DNA of 64,000 bases from Amoebidium appalachense. Its lineage: Eukaryota > Protista > Ichthyosporea. The notes under the pieces are model-generated. The model was not told where the DNA came from and made no database searches. It worked only from the letters and a program-made list of their open reading frames with translations. The stretch covers positions 13,564,418 through 13,628,417 of the forward strand of contig CAVNZM010000001.1 of the NCBI GenBank assembly GCA_963693365.1, written 5' to 3'. Both the position numbers and the translations under genes were made by a program. Positions 61,205 through 64,000 of the stretch are shown in pieces (position 1 is the stretch's first letter; the number at the start of each line of letters is the position of its first letter).

Positions 61205-61252
61205 TTGTGTGTGTAATGTGGGTGGGTGGGTGGGTGGGTACAGAGAAGGGGA

Positions 61253-61289
<37 letters not shown>

Positions 61290-62936
61290 CGTGTATGTGT
61301 GTGCCTGTGTGTGTATGTTAAAGACAGGGGAGGGGGGGAAGGGGGAGAGGTCAGGGTAGGGAGAAAGGGAGGGAAGGATGGGTGGGTGGGAGGGTTGGAG
61401 GGAAGGAGGGAGGGGGAGAAAGGGTAGAGGGAGGGATGGCGGAAAAGACAGAAAGAGAGGGGCAAAGAGAGGAGGGCAGTCGGTAAAGAGGAAGGGCGGG
61501 AGGGTGGGACGGAGAGGGAGAAGGGGGAAGTGGAGAATTAGGCAGGGGGGGGGGGGCCGAGAGCAAGAGGGGGGGTGGGGAGGGTGTGGGCGGTGTGTGT
61601 GTGTGTATGTGTGTGTGTATGTATGTTGTGTGTGTGTGGGGGGGGGGGGGGGGGGGGGGGGGGGTTGGATGGGGGATTCGGTTGGGAGTGGGTTCTTTAT
61701 AGACCTGGCAACCATTGACCAGCTATTCTCTCACCCTGTCTTTGTGTTCACTCTGCAGCTTATGGCAATAATGGCAACCGTTCCTTGCCTGAGTGTGGTA
61801 TGGAGGTTGGGTCTTTCGACAGTGATGGCTCTGACGATGACGATGAGGGGTCAAGTGACGAGAGCCCCGGTTCATTCAACGTGTCAACATGTGTGCGCCT
61901 AGCAGGCCGCAAGCTTAACGCCCGGCGTGCGATGCGCAAGCTGATTGGGTCTGTGCACAGCTCCGAAGGGTTTGCTTTAGCAGCACAGGACCCGGATCAT
62001 CTGCTCTTCACTCTAGTGTTCTTTGACGAGGCCGTGGCAGCAGACATACAGCTTGCCAGGTGCTTCCTGCCGAACCCCCCCCCCCCCCCCCTTCCCCTCC
62101 AATGCCCCCCCGCTCCTCCCTCTCGCCTCTCCCCCCCTTTCCCTGCAGGGCCTCCTCCCCTTTCCCCCATCCCCCTTTCCCCTCCCCCCCCTCCCCCCCC
62201 CCCCCCCGCCCCCTTTTCTGCATCCCCCTCCCCCTCTCCTCCTTCCCACAATTCTTCCTCCCAACTGCTCCACCTCCTTACTTCCTTGCACGTATCAATC
62301 CATCTCTCCTTCCAACCCAAGTGACACCAGTTTTTTGTCAGACAACCTGCCTCCCCAGGCCCACTTATTATGCCTGTCCTGTTCCCCTCCCCCCCCCCCT
62401 CTCCCCCCTCAGGGGGGCCTCTGCCCATTCGTCCCTCCTTTTCAAGTCCTCCATTACCTCTTACCTCCCCTAATTCTCATTATTCTCTAATAGTATACCT
62501 ATATCTTCCATCCTACCTTTTTGGAAGCTCCCTGCTTCTCTTCCACCTATTTGAAAGCATCTGCATCTACCCCCCCCCCCCCCCCCCCCCCCCGTTCATA
62601 GCCCCTCCTTCATCAGTACTCCCTTACACCTGCCCGGCCCCCTTCAGAGTGCCTAACCCCCTCCCCCCCCCACACACACACCCCTCCCCTTTCACACACC
62701 TGCACACACGAACGCACCCATGCATGCACGCATGCACCCTCCCTCGCAGCCACGAGCGCACACACTCTTATTCACTTATAGAATTGTTAATAATCTAATG
62801 CCCCCCCCCCCCCCCCCCACCCCCCCCCCCCCAACCCCAACCCACCCACACACGCACACACACACACACGCCAAGGTTTCCCTTGTTCTGCTCCTCGGCC
62901 TTTCCGCCTTCCCCATAATCTGTCTTTCTCTCTCTT

Positions 62937-62975
<39 letters not shown>

Positions 62976-63895
62976 CCCCCACCCCACTGTCACCCACCCC
63001 ACCACCACTGCCCTACGTCACCCTCCCACTTCTTGTCTTTGCTTATTCTTCCTTGTGATGTGCAACACAGGGACATATCCGGGCCACCTGAGGTCCAGCA
63101 ACAACGCCTTCTTCAAATTCTGGGTGCCTGGAGAATGGAGCTTATGGAAACACCCGCTGACGGCAACTGTTTGTTTCATTCGGTGTGGCATTATATCAAT
63201 CAGTATCTACAAAGCGGTCATGTAGCTACCCGTGAACACCTCAACACATTGGGGTTTACAGCTAATATGGAGCCTATAGAGGCGATTGGACGGCTACGCG
63301 AACTAATGGTAAACGAATGGCGGCGAAATCTAGCAGAATACCAAGGATTCCTTTCAAGGGTGACCCTCGCATACGTAGCTGATGATTTCCGCTGTCCTCG
63401 GCGCGCCCATTTTGCTTCTGCAGCCGGTGACGCGATGGTGCTGGGCTTAGCCAACGCACTCCGCATACCAATAACCATTTTTAGCACGATTGCCAATCAC
63501 GGTGTAGTTGCGGTCACTCCACCCACCGTCATCGAACCCAACATTGCCATACCCGTATCACTTAACGGTGCAGCAGATCATTACTCAGTGGTAATACTTC
63601 GCTTGTCGCATGCGAACAAAATCTCGGACAACAACCAAACACAGACATCACACTCAGTTGACACGGAAAACTCGACGGAGTTGGCGTCTAACGCTAACAC
63701 AACTGACACGTTCGGTGGGTTGCCCGCCAAGGGCTGCAGCTGTAATAGAAACAGTAAGGATAGAACACGTTTTTTTTGTGGTTTTAAGAACGGCGGGGGA
63801 AAAGTGCAGGCATACGATGGGCATGAGCGTTGCATATGCGCAAAGAACAAGCGGGCATGCACCCAGGCATGCAGGTGTGAGAATTGTGGCAACAG
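59300..63895 (+). pseudogene. Decayed, intron-containing transposon-like gene with OTU protease and CXC Cys-rich domains; may continue past the window end
   Basis: Exons 61759-62059 and 63071-63895 join in phase. OTU motifs ADGNCLF...DHYS; CXC-like GCSC...C...RCIC.K....C...C.C.NC.N. Upstream GSNQLES (~59940) resembles a transposase catalytic-Glu motif. Upstream frames are broken. Confidence 0.55.
59711..59908. mobile_element. MITE-like foldback with ~40-bp inverted arms built from ~16-bp TTTGGCACGAA repeats
   Basis: GTGACGTAATATTTGGCACGAAATTTATTTGGCACGAGCC (59711-59750) is inverted at 59833-59871, with extra GTGCCAAAT units to 59908. Confidence 0.6.
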
Positions 63896-64000
63896 GTGAG
63901 CCGTATGATATGCATTTGCTACTTTTCTTCTTTTGCATCCTCTATTTGCCCACACTTGGTACTTTATAATCGAAACCTTAACTTGGCCAAATCCAGGTAT

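Overview
Eukaryotic, protist-like genomic DNA, very rich in poly-G/poly-C tracts and (CA)/(GT) microsatellites; the taxon cannot be fixed from sequence alone. Positions 99-12594 are a young chromodomain-bearing Ty3/Gypsy LTR retrotransposon (5-bp TSD GACAC). Its RT is interrupted by a reverse-oriented, non-autonomous 3.55-kb LTR element, and it sits in an older decayed, possibly DIRS-like element. The remainder holds these genes: a 7-exon THH1/TOM1/GPR137-like 7TM protein apparently fused to an RGS domain; an intronless secreted Cys-rich protein; a ~16-exon UBOX5-like U-box gene; an LCL2-like membrane protein; a bacterial-type MtnA/MRI1 with one intron; an intronless SLATT-like 2TM gene; and a decayed transposon-like gene with OTU and CXC domains. 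The strongest signal is in the UBOX5-like gene. It has a clear U12-type AT-AC intron (40909-41483) and several further junctions that cannot be closed with GT-AG and whose exon ends are followed by (T)ATCC-like motifs, hinting at relaxed minor or non-canonical splicing. Also notable are introns polarised G/GT-rich to C/CA-rich and a structured SINE-like repeat family ending in poly-C. All gene models and homologies were read by eye from remembered motifs, with no database searches.
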